NCBI GenBank assembly: GCA_051362555.1
Contig: CM120641.1
Location: 5,580,001 to 5,644,000 of the forward strand
Direction of reading: 5' to 3'
Source of the DNA: Lingula anatina
Taxonomy: Eukaryota; Animalia; Brachiopoda
Length of the DNA: 64,000 nt
Shown here: one piece after another, positions 14,683 through 58,817 of the stretch
Position numbering within the stretch: position 1 is the stretch's first letter
How the letters are laid out: each line of letters opens with the position of its first letter
Made by a program: the position numbers and the translations under genes
Notes under the pieces: generated by a model
What the model was told of the DNA's origin: nothing
What the model saw: only the letters and a program-made list of their open reading frames with translations
The model's database searches: none

Positions 14683-15960
14683 CCGATAACACGATAAGTG
14701 GAAAACCATTTTGCCTTTTGATTTGAAACTAGCAGAACTGATTAATATTCATAATACGCAGGTCAAGTTCGAAAATCAGCATGATCGGGTCACTCTTAGG
14801 GAATTTATGCTGTTTTTTCACTTTTTTCAACATATATGCAGCACCGATAACACGATAAGTGGAAAACCATTGTACCTTTTGGCTTGAAACCTACAGTACT
14901 GATGAATATTCATAAAACGCTGGTCGAGTTCGAAAATCAGCATGATCGGGTCACTTATAGGGAATTTATGCTGTTTTTTCACTTTTTTCAGCATATATGC
15001 AGCACCGATAACACGATAAGTGGAAAACCATTTTACCTTTTGGCTTGAAACTTACAGAACTGATGAATATACATAATACGCAGGTCAAGTTCGAAAATCA
15101 GCATGATCGGGTCACTCTTAGGGAATTTATGCTGTTTTTTCACTTTTTTCAACATATATGCAGCACCGATAACACGATAAGTGGAAAACCATTGTACCTT
15201 TTGGCTTGAAACCTACAGTACTGATGAATATTCATAAAACGCTGGTCGAGTTCGAAAATCAGCATGATCGGGTCACTTATAGGGAATTTATGCTGTTTTT
15301 TCACTTTTTTCAGCATATATGCAGCACCGATAACACGATAAGTGGAAAACCATTTTACCTTTTGGCTTGAAACTTACAGAACTGATGAATATACATAATA
15401 TGCAGGTCAAGTTCGAAAATCAGCGTGATTGGGTCATTTTTAGTGAATTTAGGCTATTTTTTCTCTTTTTTCAGCATATATGCAGCACCGATAACACCAT
15501 AAATGGAAAACCATTTGACCTTTTGGCTTGAAACCTATAGAACTGATGAATATTCATAATACGCAGGTCAAGTTCGAAAATCAGCATGATTGGGTCATTT
15601 TTAGTGAATTTAGGCTATTTTTTCACTTTTTTTCAGCATTTTTGCAACACTGATAACACAATAAATGAAGAGCTGTTTTACCCTTTGGCTTGAAACTTAC
15701 AGAACTGATAAATATTCATAATACGCAGGTCAAGTTCGAAAATCAGCACGATCGGGTCACTTATAGGGAATTTATGCTGTTTTTTTTCACTTTTTTCAGT
15801 ATATATGCAACACTGATAACACAATATAAGAAAAACAGATTGGCCAATTGTCATTATACTCACAGGAGGGGCCAATCTTACTAAAACGCAGGTTGAGTTT
15901 GAAAATCAGCATAATCAGTCCATTATTTTAAAAGGTAATGCTGTTTTTTCACATTTCCTC
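14683..15960 (+). repeat. Tandem array of ~161-bp monomers (about 8 units) inside HINE copy 1
   Basis: CCGATAACAC-type anchor recurs at 14683, 14844, 15005, 15166, 15327, 15488, 15650 and 15813. Core AGGTCAAGTTCGAAAATCAGCATGATCGGG. Confidence 0.95.
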
Positions 15961-16356
15961 ACATTCAATTCTTAGGCATGTTAACAGTCTCATTATTGAA
16001 CTAATAAGATACGTAAATGTGTTTGTTTGGCATTTCCTGCATCTTTACAACATTGTTAGTTGATTTTGTAAAAATGATGGTAAACTTGTTATCATGTATT
16101 GTGTAATAAAGTGTCAAAAATGGAAATAAACTCATATCATTGCAGTTTGTCAGATGCATTCATCCACTATGTTCAGAATCTCAGAATGGAGGAAGTTGGG
16201 CATTTAACACTGTTCTATTGATACTTTTCCCATCTCATCAATTTTCTTCATTGGTCATATAAAAATGGCAGTAAACTGTTTATTTTGTTTTATGTTTAAA
16301 AAGTGTTAAAAATGGAAATAAACCCATTTCAGAACAGTGCTGTATTGTTTACATTT

Positions 16357-17900
16357 TGGCATTTTCAATATGTGACTTTGAAGTTCCATGGGCCTGAAGG
16401 CTTTTGCTAGTCACATTTTCTGAATAACCATGATACTAATATTTTATAATTAAAAATTGATGGTCATTATGCTGTAAAACATTATGTAATATTGCATAAA
16501 AATTTGAAGAAACCCCTATTTTGGGCACTGCTCCCATGATGACCATTTAAGGAAAATCATGTCACTTACTGTTCTCAAACTTACAGGAAAGAAACATGGG
16601 ACTAAAATACAGCTCCAGTAGGCAATGCAGTCTGTTTGGTAAATTTTTCTGGCAATTAAACAGTTTTTTGTGAAAATTTAATTTTTCACTTATTGGCATT
16701 TTCAAGGTGTGACTTTGAAGTTCCATGATCCTGAAGACCTTTGCTTGTCACATTTCCTGAATATCCGTGATACTAATATTTTATAATTAAAAATTGATGG
16801 TCATTATGCTGTTAAACATTATGTAATGTTGCATCAAAATTTGAAGAAACCCCTATTTTGGGCACTGCTCCCATGATGACCATTTAACAAAAATCATGTC
16901 AATTACTGTTCTCAAACTTACAGGAAAGAAACATGGGTCTAAAATACAGCTTCAGTATGCAATGCAGTCTGTTTGGTAAATTTTTCTGGCAATTAAACAT
17001 TTTTTTGTGAAAATTTAATTTTTCACATATTGGCATTTCCAAGGTGCGACTTAGAACCTCCACGGGCTTGAAGACCCGTGCTAGTCACATTTTGTGAAAA
17101 TCCATGACACTTATATTTTATTATTAAAAATCGATGGTCATTATGCTGTTAAGCATTATGTAATGTTGCATCAAAATAGAAGAAAACACAATTTTTGGTG
17201 CTGCTGCCTTGATGACCATTATGGAAAAACCGTGTTACTTATGACTGTCAAATTTTCAAAAAAGAAACACAGGACTAAAATGCAGCCTGAGTTAGAAAAG
17301 CAGTCTAATTGGCTTCTTTTTCTGGAAGTTATACATTTTAGTGTTATATTCATTATCTTTTTTGGCATATTCATTGTGGGACTCGGAGCTCCCATGGACA
17401 TGAAGCCAAATGGTAATCATATTTTCTACATGTCCATCCTATTTATAGTCAATAAACAAAAATTGGTAATAATTATTCTGTAATTTATTATGTATTGTTA
17501 CATCAAAATTGACAATCTTTTTGCACTGTTACTGCAAACATTATGAAAAGAAAACTGTGCTACTTATTATAATTTTAAACTTACAAGTACGATTTTTAGG
17601 ATTGGCCTTCAGCTCATGAGAAAACCAGCTCTATTGGATTATCATGTTTATTGTATTTATGCATTTTTTGTGAAATTTTCATTTTTCTCATTCTGGCACT
17701 TTCTAAGTATAAACTTGAACTCTGATGGGCCTGAAGCCTTATGCTTTTACTTTCGTCTGTGTTACCTGTTGTGCATAAGTTGATGTTGACTGTGCAGTTA
17801 AACATAATGTATTATTGCATCAGGATTGGTAGTCTCCTATTTTGGGCATTATGGTTTTGTGCTTTTCTTAAGGTGTGACTTATGGGCCTGAAGACCTTTG
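16357..17900 (+). repeat. Second, ~337-bp period tandem array inside HINE copy 1, decaying toward the 3' end
   Basis: TGGCATTTTCAA..GTGACTTTGAAGTTCCATG..CCTGAAG unit starts at ~16357, ~16695 and ~17031, with degenerate units at ~17363 and ~17693. Confidence 0.8.
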
Positions 17901-18191
17901 AGTGGGTCAGTCTGTAAATTACCCTTGGGTATCACTAGATTAATTTCAGAGTTATAAAGTCATTTGCTTTAATAGGCCATTAAATGAGATTATGTAAAGC
18001 ACACTTGTTGATATTTCCCTGTAAACTCCCAAAGGTAAAGCTCTCTGCTAGATTAATAATAAGGAAGCAGTGATAATTATGCAGGTAAATTTTGTTTAAT
18101 ATTGCAAATAAGTTTTAAATATATATATATATATATATATATATCAAACTGGAAGATTAAAAGTTTGAATAGCAGCTTCATTGGAATTATA

Positions 18192-18428
18192 TTTACCTCA
18201 AGCTCTGCCAAGGAGGTTATATTTTCACCCCTGTTTGTCTGTCATCCACATAACACAAAAAGTTATGGACTGATTTTGCAGAAATTTTCAGGAACTGTCG
18301 GAAGTGGACCAAAGAGGACAATGATTAATTTTTGGTGGTGGTCCGGATCAATAATCAATCAATTATCACTAATAATCAACAATTGCTGCCTTGGCAGAGG
18401 TCTGCACTCTCAAAGTGCTTTTCTAGTT
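18192..18428 (+). mobile_element. Small (~240 bp) HINE of a second family nested in HINE copy 1
   Basis: 5' TTACCTC..TGCCAAGGAGGTTAT, short GTCTGTC tract, 3' subTIR CCTTGGCAGAGGT, hairpin GCACT-CTCAA-AGTGC, then TTTTCTAGTT. Confidence 0.75.
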
Positions 18429-20328
18429 TTGTTGTTTTCCTTTATAATTTTTTCTCAAACACTTGCATTTGTGACTTTTAGCCCCAGGCAGGCTGTCATC
18501 TGCCTGGGGCTCTGCACATTTTCTGTATTTCTACATAAGCAGTTATATTGTTTTTTATGTCTTTAAACATTATGTAATATTATTTTATGCACTGTCATCA
18601 TTTTTCAAATATTGAGACTTTCATAATGTGAATTTGAACTCTCATGGTCCTGAAACTGTAATCTTATTGAAGGGGTGGATTGAGACCATCTTCTGGGTCT
18701 TCCGGAAGACAGTCAGGTTATTAGTTTATATTGACTGGTATCTATTTTTTTCTGTTGGAACACCATCAAAATGGAGGATGGATCAACATAGATACTTTGT
18801 AATACTGTCAGAAAATATCTCTGGGTCCGCTCCTGTTATTGACCATGTTACCTGTTGTGCAAGATTAAAATTCAGTGTTGACTGACAGTGCTATTATAAG
18901 CATTATTTATTATTGCATCAAAATTGACAAAATGACCTTTTTTGCATCTTTATTTTCTGTTTTTTGTCTGTACATTTGACAGCTTTGCTGCCTTGTTAAA
19001 GTTTTCATGGGGCCGAAAAGAAAAATCAATTACCCTTTGGTTAAAGTGGTACAAGATATAATAGGAGCAGATGGTTATATGAAAGATGCGATATTTTCAT
19101 GAGATATTATGTCAACTTAGTGGAAACATATCTAAAATACCATTTAAAAGTTGAGAAAAATATGGTATACTTAATATGTGGTGGGATTTAATTTGTTGAC
19201 ATGTTTAAAATGAAAACTAAATGGGGACTTCTAATCCTAACGAGCATTCATTCATTGTTTTATATCACTGTTGTTATGCAAGACTGCTGTTATAAGTGTT
19301 AACATTTTCTTTCAATTATTTTTATTACTAGACTCAGGTTAATAATAGCCATTCTGATAATGGGTTAGTCAGAAAAATCTTTACAATTTAGACTGTCCTG
19401 AAAGCAACAAGAGAAATTCCTTTTAGTCTCTGATAAAATTTTATTCACTACAAAATATATGCGCAACATCACAGATATTCAAATATATAATGTGAATAGT
19501 CTAAAAAAAATAATATCTTGGACGGACAGCAGTCACAGTAAACGTCGATTTTGACTGTTACTTTCAAGAAAATAATTCCATGAATACCTTTGTAGAATAA
19601 ATGTCTAAAACTGTGACTCAGATGTATATATTTTCCACAGATTCACCACAACAGTATATGTGTAATAATATATAAAGATAACAAATCTAGATTATGTGCA
19701 CTTAATTCAAACATCTTTCCAAAAAGTGTATAGATGCAACCTCATGTGCTGCAATACAAATAACAGTAGTGTATCACAAGAAATATATATTTATATACAT
19801 AAAGAAAAGTAGGATAGAAATAGGGAATTAGAAAAACTAATATCACTTAAATACATATACTATGGACATATTATTGCTAACAATAGACATAAGGCTGACT
19901 TAGATAATCATTGCACCTCTGCTTATTGTATGGACAGATATAAAACTCAACAAAACTTGTAAAAACTAAAATAATCTTTGCATAGTATACTATCACATTT
20001 CTGATAACATCAAGAGTTAAGGATAAATATTTTAAAAATCCAGTTGAGATATTTTTTCTATCAATACAGGTACAGTGTATTCACACTCAAAACTTAGATG
20101 AGTTGCCATGCACAATTTTTTAGAACTGATGCTGTAAAAATAAACCAAATCTTGTTTGCTATACCTGATCCTGTGAAGACACAGCTTAAATTGTATGGCT
20201 TTTATATGACCATCACACTCACATTAAAACTGATGCAATAAATTTCACTTTCACAGAGTATTTTTTTCTATGAATGGTTACATGAAACACTGATGAACAT
20301 TTTAAGGAAACTTTTCTGTGCTGTGATT

Positions 20329-51142
<30,814 letters not shown>

Positions 51143-51728
51143 TATGAACTCCACTCTTTCACACTGGCATCAACTCAGCAATTCAAACAATTTTTATTCG
51201 GTAGAGATTTCATTCTGATGGATGCCCAACCATTCTGAAAAGTAATGTTCTTTTTTATCGAATGAGTGTTAGAAGTTTTGAAATATCATTTATACTTCAC
51301 TCTACAACTGAAACTGGAAAAAATTTTCACACTAATATTAATTTTGATTAATTTGTAGTCATATTTTCCTAGTGCTCACTAAGTACACAATAAATAGAAT
51401 GCATTAAATCCATTAACATTATCATATCAAAGTTTTCAAAGCAACAGTCATATGTCTTCGCAATCATATATGCCGCAGAGTCACATACAGTTGAGTCAAT
51501 TAAGTTATGTAATACCACTAACAACATGTTTAATCTGTACTGGTAACTAAATCCAAAAACATTATTTCCTAAATCCACTGAGGCAAAATAAGGCCTTACA
51601 ATGAGGTAATCATAAACCCTACATAAAATGAATTATACTCCACGAAGCTCACTGTTTATCTCAAACATACATGTATCTTAGAACGGATTACTTTGTCGAA
51701 GCTGAAATCAATATGAACATTCCCTTAC

Positions 51729-52300
51729 TTGAAACCCAATTTTCCAGTCCCAAAGTGTGTCCGAGTGATGCAAAATCAATTATGTTTAAAGGAATACATT
51801 GCATATTATCTACGGCTTATTTCAACCACTTTAAATAAAATAAAGTACCACTGTTTCCATGCTGCAATTTCAATATAAAATAAGCTCAATTTTCCTTCGC
51901 GACCAGCACGCACAGTGAAATCAACCAAACAAATGAATGGCAAGTATTTGCCCTTTTTCGAAGAGCTAGATTCAAGACATGCTAAATCTCAATTCAGTAT
52001 TACAGTATTTTATGCTTGACCTAACTTGTGGATAATTTTCTAAATCAAATATTTATTTTACGATTTTATAAAGAAAAGGTTTTAAAGTACCATGTTTATA
52101 TGATTAAAATAGACATTTTAACAAGGAATTGCTTATCTTGGCCTCCGCGAAGCAGAGTGTCATTAACTGCAACAGGTGGAGGCTTGCTCTCCACCAGCGT
52201 ACAAGACAAAACAAAAATGTATACATATATTGATTGATTTTAATTGTAGCTCTCATAATGAAATTCGGCTTTACGGTAGTCTTTTAACGCACATCTCAAT
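51729..52300 (-). promoter_or_regulatory. Probable non-coding first exon and promoter of the Roco gene
   Basis: Minus-strand donor GTAAGG at 51723-51728, acceptor TTTCAG at ~51235-51240 upstream of the ATG exon, local CpG enrichment. Confidence 0.45.
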
Positions 52301-52774
52301 ATATAAGTATTATAATCATTTATATTATTAATTTGAGATTAAGACTTATAACCAGACATTCTTTATTTGTCTTTGTTTTTAATTCTGACGAATGGCACTG
52401 GTATATATAAATGGTATTCTCAGAAAAAATATTATTTTAAAAACACTTCATTGTCATCCATCTGTGTTTGCAATTTTTTTTCCCTTTCAATTTCTGAATC
52501 ACTTGATATGTTGTACAATAGTTATAATTTTTTTTTTCGTTTCAAGTTGGCAGGGAAGTCAAAATATATTCACCTTTGATGTTACTTTAAGTGATGAAAA
52601 ATAAATCACTTCAGTAGTATTTGAAGATTTTTTTTTCATATCAACAATAAATCAATTCATTCAAATAAATCAGTTTATTGGACAAATATGGATAAGGGAC
52701 AAAATAGGATATAAAGATGTAAAAATTAGAATATATGTGCATACAAAATCTTGAGCAGGTTTGTGTGATTTATC

Positions 52775-52790
<16 letters not shown>

Positions 52791-52855
<65 letters not shown>
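52791..52855. repeat. (AT)n microsatellite after a poly-A run
   Basis: Directly visible. Confidence 0.95.
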
Positions 52856-52857
<2 letters not shown>

Positions 52858-53544
52858 CTGACCATACATGTTATTATTATTATTATTTTTTTTTTTTTTT
52901 GCATATTTGAAACTAATTTATGAATAAATATGCAGACTATCACTGAACAGCATGAAGAAGTTCTGCATTTCTTCTTTTTATAACATGTTTAAGCATATTT
53001 TCACAGACAAGTATTAAAAAGCATCCACACTTTCTGTACGTCTTGGCAATAAATTGATTGCATACTCTGTAACAAGTTATATGTATGTGGCTTGTTTTTT
53101 TCTTTAAGAAAATTCAAATAATATTTATGTAATATTCACAAAATACTCCTCCCCACCATGATTTTGAATATAACAAATGTGAATTTTTCTAATGCTATAA
53201 CATTCATGTGTTGATAATAGTGTCTAAATCTTACTATGTAAAGATTTCTCAAAGATATTTACACCAAAAAAAGGTATAAATCCACCACTATGGAGTACCA
53301 AAGGTACCAAGATAATTTATGAGATCACATAAACTGACATAATGCACACATTCACACACTATACACATCTAGTCGTTTTGTCCTAAACAACCAAGCAGGT
53401 TATGGTTTATGGAAAATCTGTATAAAGGACGGACATGAGCTGTTTTTTCCCAAATGGGTGATCCAGCCTTCAAGTTTTCAGTGACTATGGCAAAGCTTAT
53501 CAAATCTCTCCTGATGCTTACTTTTACATCTAACAAACTGGACT

Positions 53545-56500
53545 TCACAACTGTTTCAGGAAGACTTGAACAAGCTGAAAATACAAGGTTATGATAAAAA
53601 TTTTACATGCAAAGATGTGTCAACATATTCCACACCTGTATCATTTTTAGCCATTTCATCAATCTACGATATTTTTACAAATAAAATTCATGATGCAAAT
53701 CAATGAACTAATCTACATCATTACTGGCAATTCTAGTTTTTCTACATGTTCTATCAACCTAATTGCTTGCAAGATATAAAAATGCCTATTCTAACTATAA
53801 ATTCAATGTCCCCTTTTTGTCCAGACTTACCCTGGCTCTCTCTCCAGTTCTATCTGTTCTCTCAGATAGTTTATCAACAATATCAGTCATAGCCTTCAGG
53901 GATGTATACACACCAATCACACTCCTTGGTAAATAAGCGGATAATTTTATTCAACTAATAAGTATTAATAACCAAATAAAAATCCTGTAAGAAATCAAAC
54001 AAGTAAGTGTTACCAGTTTAACTGGTGAACAATAAACTACAGGAAAACAATATCACTCTTACCAAGTTCAATTCAAGTTCAAGTTGTTCGACATTATGAT
54101 GTTTTTGTACATTTAGTTAATTTTCTTAGACAATAATCTACCACTGATTTGACTCATATAAATAAAAGGCATCCACCTGCTTCTAAGCATCATTCCGCTC
54201 TGATTATGATCACTGGAGATCTCCTTCCACCACTTCTTAAGAACTGCTCTAATGAAATCTAAGCTGCTTATGATGTAGCTGTAGATGAAAAAGCATTATT
54301 ATTATTAATAGCAGTTACAATGCACAGGCCTGTTTATTGACAATCACAGTATTTTCAGCATATTCATAACTTGTCTAATGAGAGAGAAATAATTTAATTG
54401 ATAGCATCATACATGTGGATCAATTATGGATGCCCCTTCCTTTAACTTTCTTATTTCACAGTGGTACCATAAAGACAAGGGCAAAGAGGTCAAGGTACTC
54501 AAAAAAAGTTATCAAAATTATTTAATACAAGTACATTTTGCAATACTGAATAAGATTAGGCACTTTACATTAGAAATTAAAAACATATCGGGTGGGCTAG
54601 ATTAGACCACTGACCACTTTACTGTGGTAATTTCTGAATTTCATATTAAACAATTTGTACTTCTAATGACAAGGTAGACCAAGAACAAGATGGGCAACCT
54701 GCTGAGAGTGGATGGCACCCAATGATGATGATGACTTCTTATGACATCCAGTACAATGCTTTAAGTATAAGTTACCTTTGTTCTAAATACTGCTTATCAA
54801 CAGACAGTCCCTACCCTTCTCTCTCTACAATACTGCAAAATGTATTCATCAAATATACAGGGGTGTGGGTATGCTACTTACTCCTCAAACTTGCTTGTCA
54901 GCAGCTTCTTCAATGAAGGTAACAGGTCCATGCAAGCTCCCATAGACAGGGGCCTCCAGTCATCTCTTATACTGAAACCGTGTTACAATGGTATAAAGGT
55001 GTACAAATATAACTGTCCACATAAATAAATTTATATTTCAGGACACATCAAATATACTTGGACATTGCTAGAAAAACGGGTTTTAAAATCACTTTTTGGA
55101 GAATCATCTGAGAAAAAATTTGATAATATAATATACAAAATATAAGAGTACATATTTCTACATATTAAATCACCACAAGTCCCAGGTCTGGAGCCAACAA
55201 TTTCAAAGTGGTCATCTTTTTTTCTGAAAAAGTGGACTGACCTGTCCAGGCCAAATGATGGCTTTTTCAACCCCCCCTCCCCCATATGCCCATGGACCTA
55301 TTACACTGTCTTGCTTAATAACAAGGAAAAGGGGTACTTTTCAATTTTAACTGTACTAAAAGTTTTATCACATGTTGACTAAATTTATATGCATCAATTT
55401 ATCTTTCATACCACTTGGTTAAATAAGGCAGGATATCCACAGTCACAGAATCATTATTGATCTTCTGCAGATAGGAGACTACATCTGACGCACCCTGCTG
55501 ATGCCATATTGTCTGGGCAGCTCTTAGGCGGAGTAGCCTTACATTCAATACATTCAGCATCTGAGTGTGGCCCGCTAATAACTATGAAATAATGAGAGAA
55601 GCTGATTAAAGCTATGTTTAAGATGGGAGAAATTCTTAGTATCTTAAAATGTTTGTCTTGACTATGCACTGCTTCTAAACCGTTTCATAAAATATTTGGA
55701 AAAAGAATATAACCAGAAGTAGGAATTGTGTCTAAAATATATATATATATGTTATACAGACAAAGATTCTGTTAAACATTTCAGTTTTTTAATTTTTCAT
55801 TTTTTTTTTAATTTGGGGGAAAATACACATAATAGAAACAAAAACACTCACACCATATCTAAAATTGCATTTTTTTCTTGGGTCCTACCTCATCCACATC
55901 TTCCCTGCCAAAAGTACCATCCCCCTTTTCTCCTTGCAATCCAATGGGCATATTTTCCTTGGCGTATGCTATGTCATACTGCTGATGGTTCTCACTGACT
56001 GGCCACTGAGCTGGATGACATGGGGCTTTCTCCTTTAAGATATGCAGTTTAAACATAAGGCAAATGCTTAGTTATAGGACAATCATTTTTAATAAATTAT
56101 ATAATGATAACCATTTAATGAATATATATATATTTCATTTACAAAACAATTGTTTCTGATATATATATATATATATATATAAAACAATTGTTTCTGATAT
56201 ATATATATGTAAGAAACAATTGTTTTGTAAATGAAATGTACTTTAACATTATTCCATATTCTTAATAGTCTCAACGACACACACACACACGCACACACAC
56301 TGAAAAGTTACCATTTAAATATCAAATTACAATGCTATCTTTCTGCTCCATTTTTACCTTACTGCCTCTTGCATTGTGTGCAGCAAGTGGACGGATACCC
56401 TTCTTTCCCTGGACCTTGTAAGATAAAGGCTTTCCCTGATTCAACCTTTGGAATGACATATAACAATGTAAAGTATATGTAGTACACTCAGGATTAAGAG

Positions 56501-57445
56501 TTTAAGCACAATGTTATATGACTAGATGTGATGGTGTACATGCTTGTCTCTTGTTTGTATAATATATGTAAATGCTACACATTTGACATTCCAAGAAAAA
56601 TATAAAAAATGTGACCAAAATTTATTCTATGAAGCATTTTGTACCATTAGTTTTTGTCCCACATGTGCCTTTCAGGTTGGATGTATCACATAAACAGTGA
56701 CTTCTATCCAAATTCATTACATGGCCCTCTAATATGCATGCATTTCATCACATAAATAAAATTATTCGTTATCACTTACTTTATTTTCTTCATTTCATTA
56801 ACAAGGTTTGCCTCATAGGGATTTGGTTCTCCAGATTTCCTCTACAACAACAACAACAACAAAAAAAAAAAAACTCTGTAAGCTGTGGCCTTTTTATAAT
56901 TATAAATTCCATGATAAGTGTATTGAAATACATAGTAAGTTTTTCTTCTAACAAGAATGTTCAACCAAGGAGAAACTCCTTGGTTCAACATTCTAAAGAG
57001 CTGAAGTTAGCTTCATGCCATTCCCAGCAGTTGGCTTCATTGTAGGGAGGACAATTAAGGGAGGGATTAGATTTGATTTGGTGAGCTAATCTTAACATGT
57101 AATGTTCATGAACTACCGAGCTACATGTATATATACATGGACAATGAGATAATTTAACTGTGCTAATAACATGTAATGTTCATGAACTACCGAGCTACAT
57201 GTATATATACATGGACAATGAGATAATTTAACTGTGCTAATAAAGGCACTGTGAACTGACTGGATACATGGGCCCAAAGATATACCAACCTTGCTTGCTC
57301 TTTTAGCTGCCACCTCTTTTTTGATACGTGCAAATTCCACCTCTTCCTTACTCAACCAAACATATTTGTTCTTAAAAACATCCCATTTCAGGTAGCCTGC
57401 TCCAGCATTAATAAGACCAGGGTTTTGTGGTGGATGAGCAGCCAT
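53545..57445 (-). CDS. KATNBL1: Katanin p80 subunit B-like 1 (con80 domain), ~9 coding exons
   Basis: Exons approx. 57290-57445, 56778-56841, 56358-56445, 55889-56032, 55413-55581, 54882-54971, 54177-54278, 53831-53924, 53545-53574. They splice to LLAGHTQMLNVLNVRLLRLRAAQTIW..VVSYLQKINNDSVTVDILPYLT..LSMGACMDLLPSLKKLLTSKFEDYIISSLDFIRAVLKKWWKEI..LVQVFLKQL*, matching the KATNBL1 C-terminal pattern. No WD40 region, so not KATNB1. Confidence 0.85.
57093..57243. repeat. Perfect 74-bp tandem duplication in a KATNBL1 intron
   Basis: TAACATGTAATGTTCATGAACTACCGAGC...AACTGTGCTAA starts at 57093 and again at 57167. Confidence 0.95.
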
Positions 57446-58049
57446 TTCATCCTTATAAGAATAATTTTAAATGTTAAATTAACGTACATATAGGTCAAAC
57501 ACTGGATGATAAATGGACGAGAAAGAGGCATCATATTCATAATACAAATTACTAAAAATTGTGTTAAACACATATTGGAATTGTTTAGCAAAATTAAGAA
57601 CATTTCACATTTTACAAATTGTTACTTATTTGTTATTGATCAATCAATTTTTGGACTGACTACAGTCTTTTTTTTTTTTTTTTTTTTTGATATTATCCTC
57701 CAATTTTGAGCTGTAGATTATATGTTACAATGAAAATGGGCATAAATAAAGAGATCTCAATGAGTCAATATAACAATTAACAAAAGTAAACAATTATTCC
57801 CATAAAACTGTTTTACATTCATGCACTGGGCACAGTTTTGGGATTCCCTTTGCAGTTTAATGTTTTCCCTGTAGGTGCTAATGCAAATGTACACCAATCT
57901 TAATTGTAAGTAACATTTTATTTCATATACCTGCATGTTTTTGTTTGTTTACAAAATATATTAAAACTGGCAAGAAAATTCGAACAAATACTTAATAGAA
58001 ACACAATTTGCTTTTAGCTTGCTGCGAGCTATACACCAACTTTTTTATA

Positions 58050-58300
58050 CTTACAATTTTGAAGACTGAAAGCTTATGACTTCCAATTTATCGGACTCTT
58101 TCAATGATTGATTTGTTGCGTGTTTTGGGTTTAAAAAATTGCCTCGGTTTTCATTGGTCAATCATTTCAAGATAGTCTCAATCGCTAATTGGTGGTTGGT
58201 GTTAAATTAAAGGCATTATATGTGTAGAGTAACGTACTGACTTTATTGATTGAACCATTGCATATGTAAGTTTGTTGAGTCAGTGATTAGCTGACAATAT
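58050..58300. promoter_or_regulatory. Probable bidirectional promoter for KATNBL1 and UQCC2
   Basis: Minus donor GTAAGT at ~58049-58054 (KATNBL1 non-coding exon), plus donor GTAAGT at ~58266, ATTGG (CCAAT) boxes at ~58153 and ~58188, CpG enrichment. Confidence 0.5.
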
Positions 58301-58451
58301 CTACAGTGAATAAAAAATATGAAGTGCAGCTCTTCGTTACTCTTATTTATTTGAAGACTCGAAACTGAAATGATTCGAAATCGTGGTTATGAAACTTAGA
58401 GAGAAATACATAATATTCGAAGAAGTGCACTGAAATTTCAACGTAAATACA

Positions 58452-58817
58452 ATGGGGTCGAAGTACAGAGCATTTCTTCAAGTATGTAGAAATTTCCCAA
58501 AAGATGAAAAGAAGCTTGGAAGAGACTTAGCCATACACATACGACAAAGAGTAGCGGCGGCTTTCAGAGAAGGGGAAGCTACACGCATCCATGACGAAGA
58601 AGCTTGCCAAAGAAAGTTAGATGCTCTACTGATGATTGATAAAGACGTATTTAGAAAGCGATATCCTTATGCTGCAAAAACCGGTTCAGTTGGACAGGAA
58701 CTTGAGCTTCTGAAACAAGGCACATCAAACGAGTTTATTTTAGGCAATTATGGTGATAAGGACACGATAGATAAATTGATAAAAGTACAAAAAGAAGAGA
58801 CTGTTAACGAAAAATAA
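58452..58817 (+). CDS. UQCC2: Ubiquinol-cytochrome c reductase complex assembly factor 2 (MNF1/M19), intronless CDS
   Basis: 121-aa ORF MGSKYRAFLQVCRNFPKDEKKLGRDLAIHIRQRVAAAFREGEATRIHDEEAC...RKRYP matches the UQCC2 pattern [38 protein letters not shown]...KHKYP. Confidence 0.9.
   Translation: MGSKYRAFLQVCRNFPKDEKKLGRDLAIHIRQRVAAAFREGEATRIHDEEACQRKLDALLMIDKDVFRKRYPYAAKTGSVGQELELLKQGTSNEFILGNYGDKDTIDKLIKVQKEETVNEK

Larger units (their letters stand above)
14575..18997 (+). mobile_element. Non-autonomous Helentron/DINE-1-like element (HINE), copy 1, ~4.4 kb, between the convergent 3' ends of DECR2 and the Roco gene
   Basis: T-run, then 5' subTIR plus inverted repeat (TGTACAGACACA-GA-TGTGTCTGTACA), (GTCGCC/GTC)n microsatellite 14625-14673, central tandem arrays, 3' subTIR GTCTGTACAT, short hairpin GACAGC-TTT-GCTGCC and CTTGTT. 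No TSD. Homology with the other two copies stops at exactly these ends. Confidence 0.85.

Noticed and set aside
14683-15960. Regular repeats as a CRISPR-like array
   Set aside because: The units are contiguous and near-identical with no unique spacers, lie inside a HINE in a eukaryotic locus, and have no cas genes nearby.
55454-55669. Cys-rich ORF (CIECK...CVRC) as a zinc finger
   Set aside because: It is the wrong frame; the phase-consistent frame encodes the KATNBL1 con80 domain.
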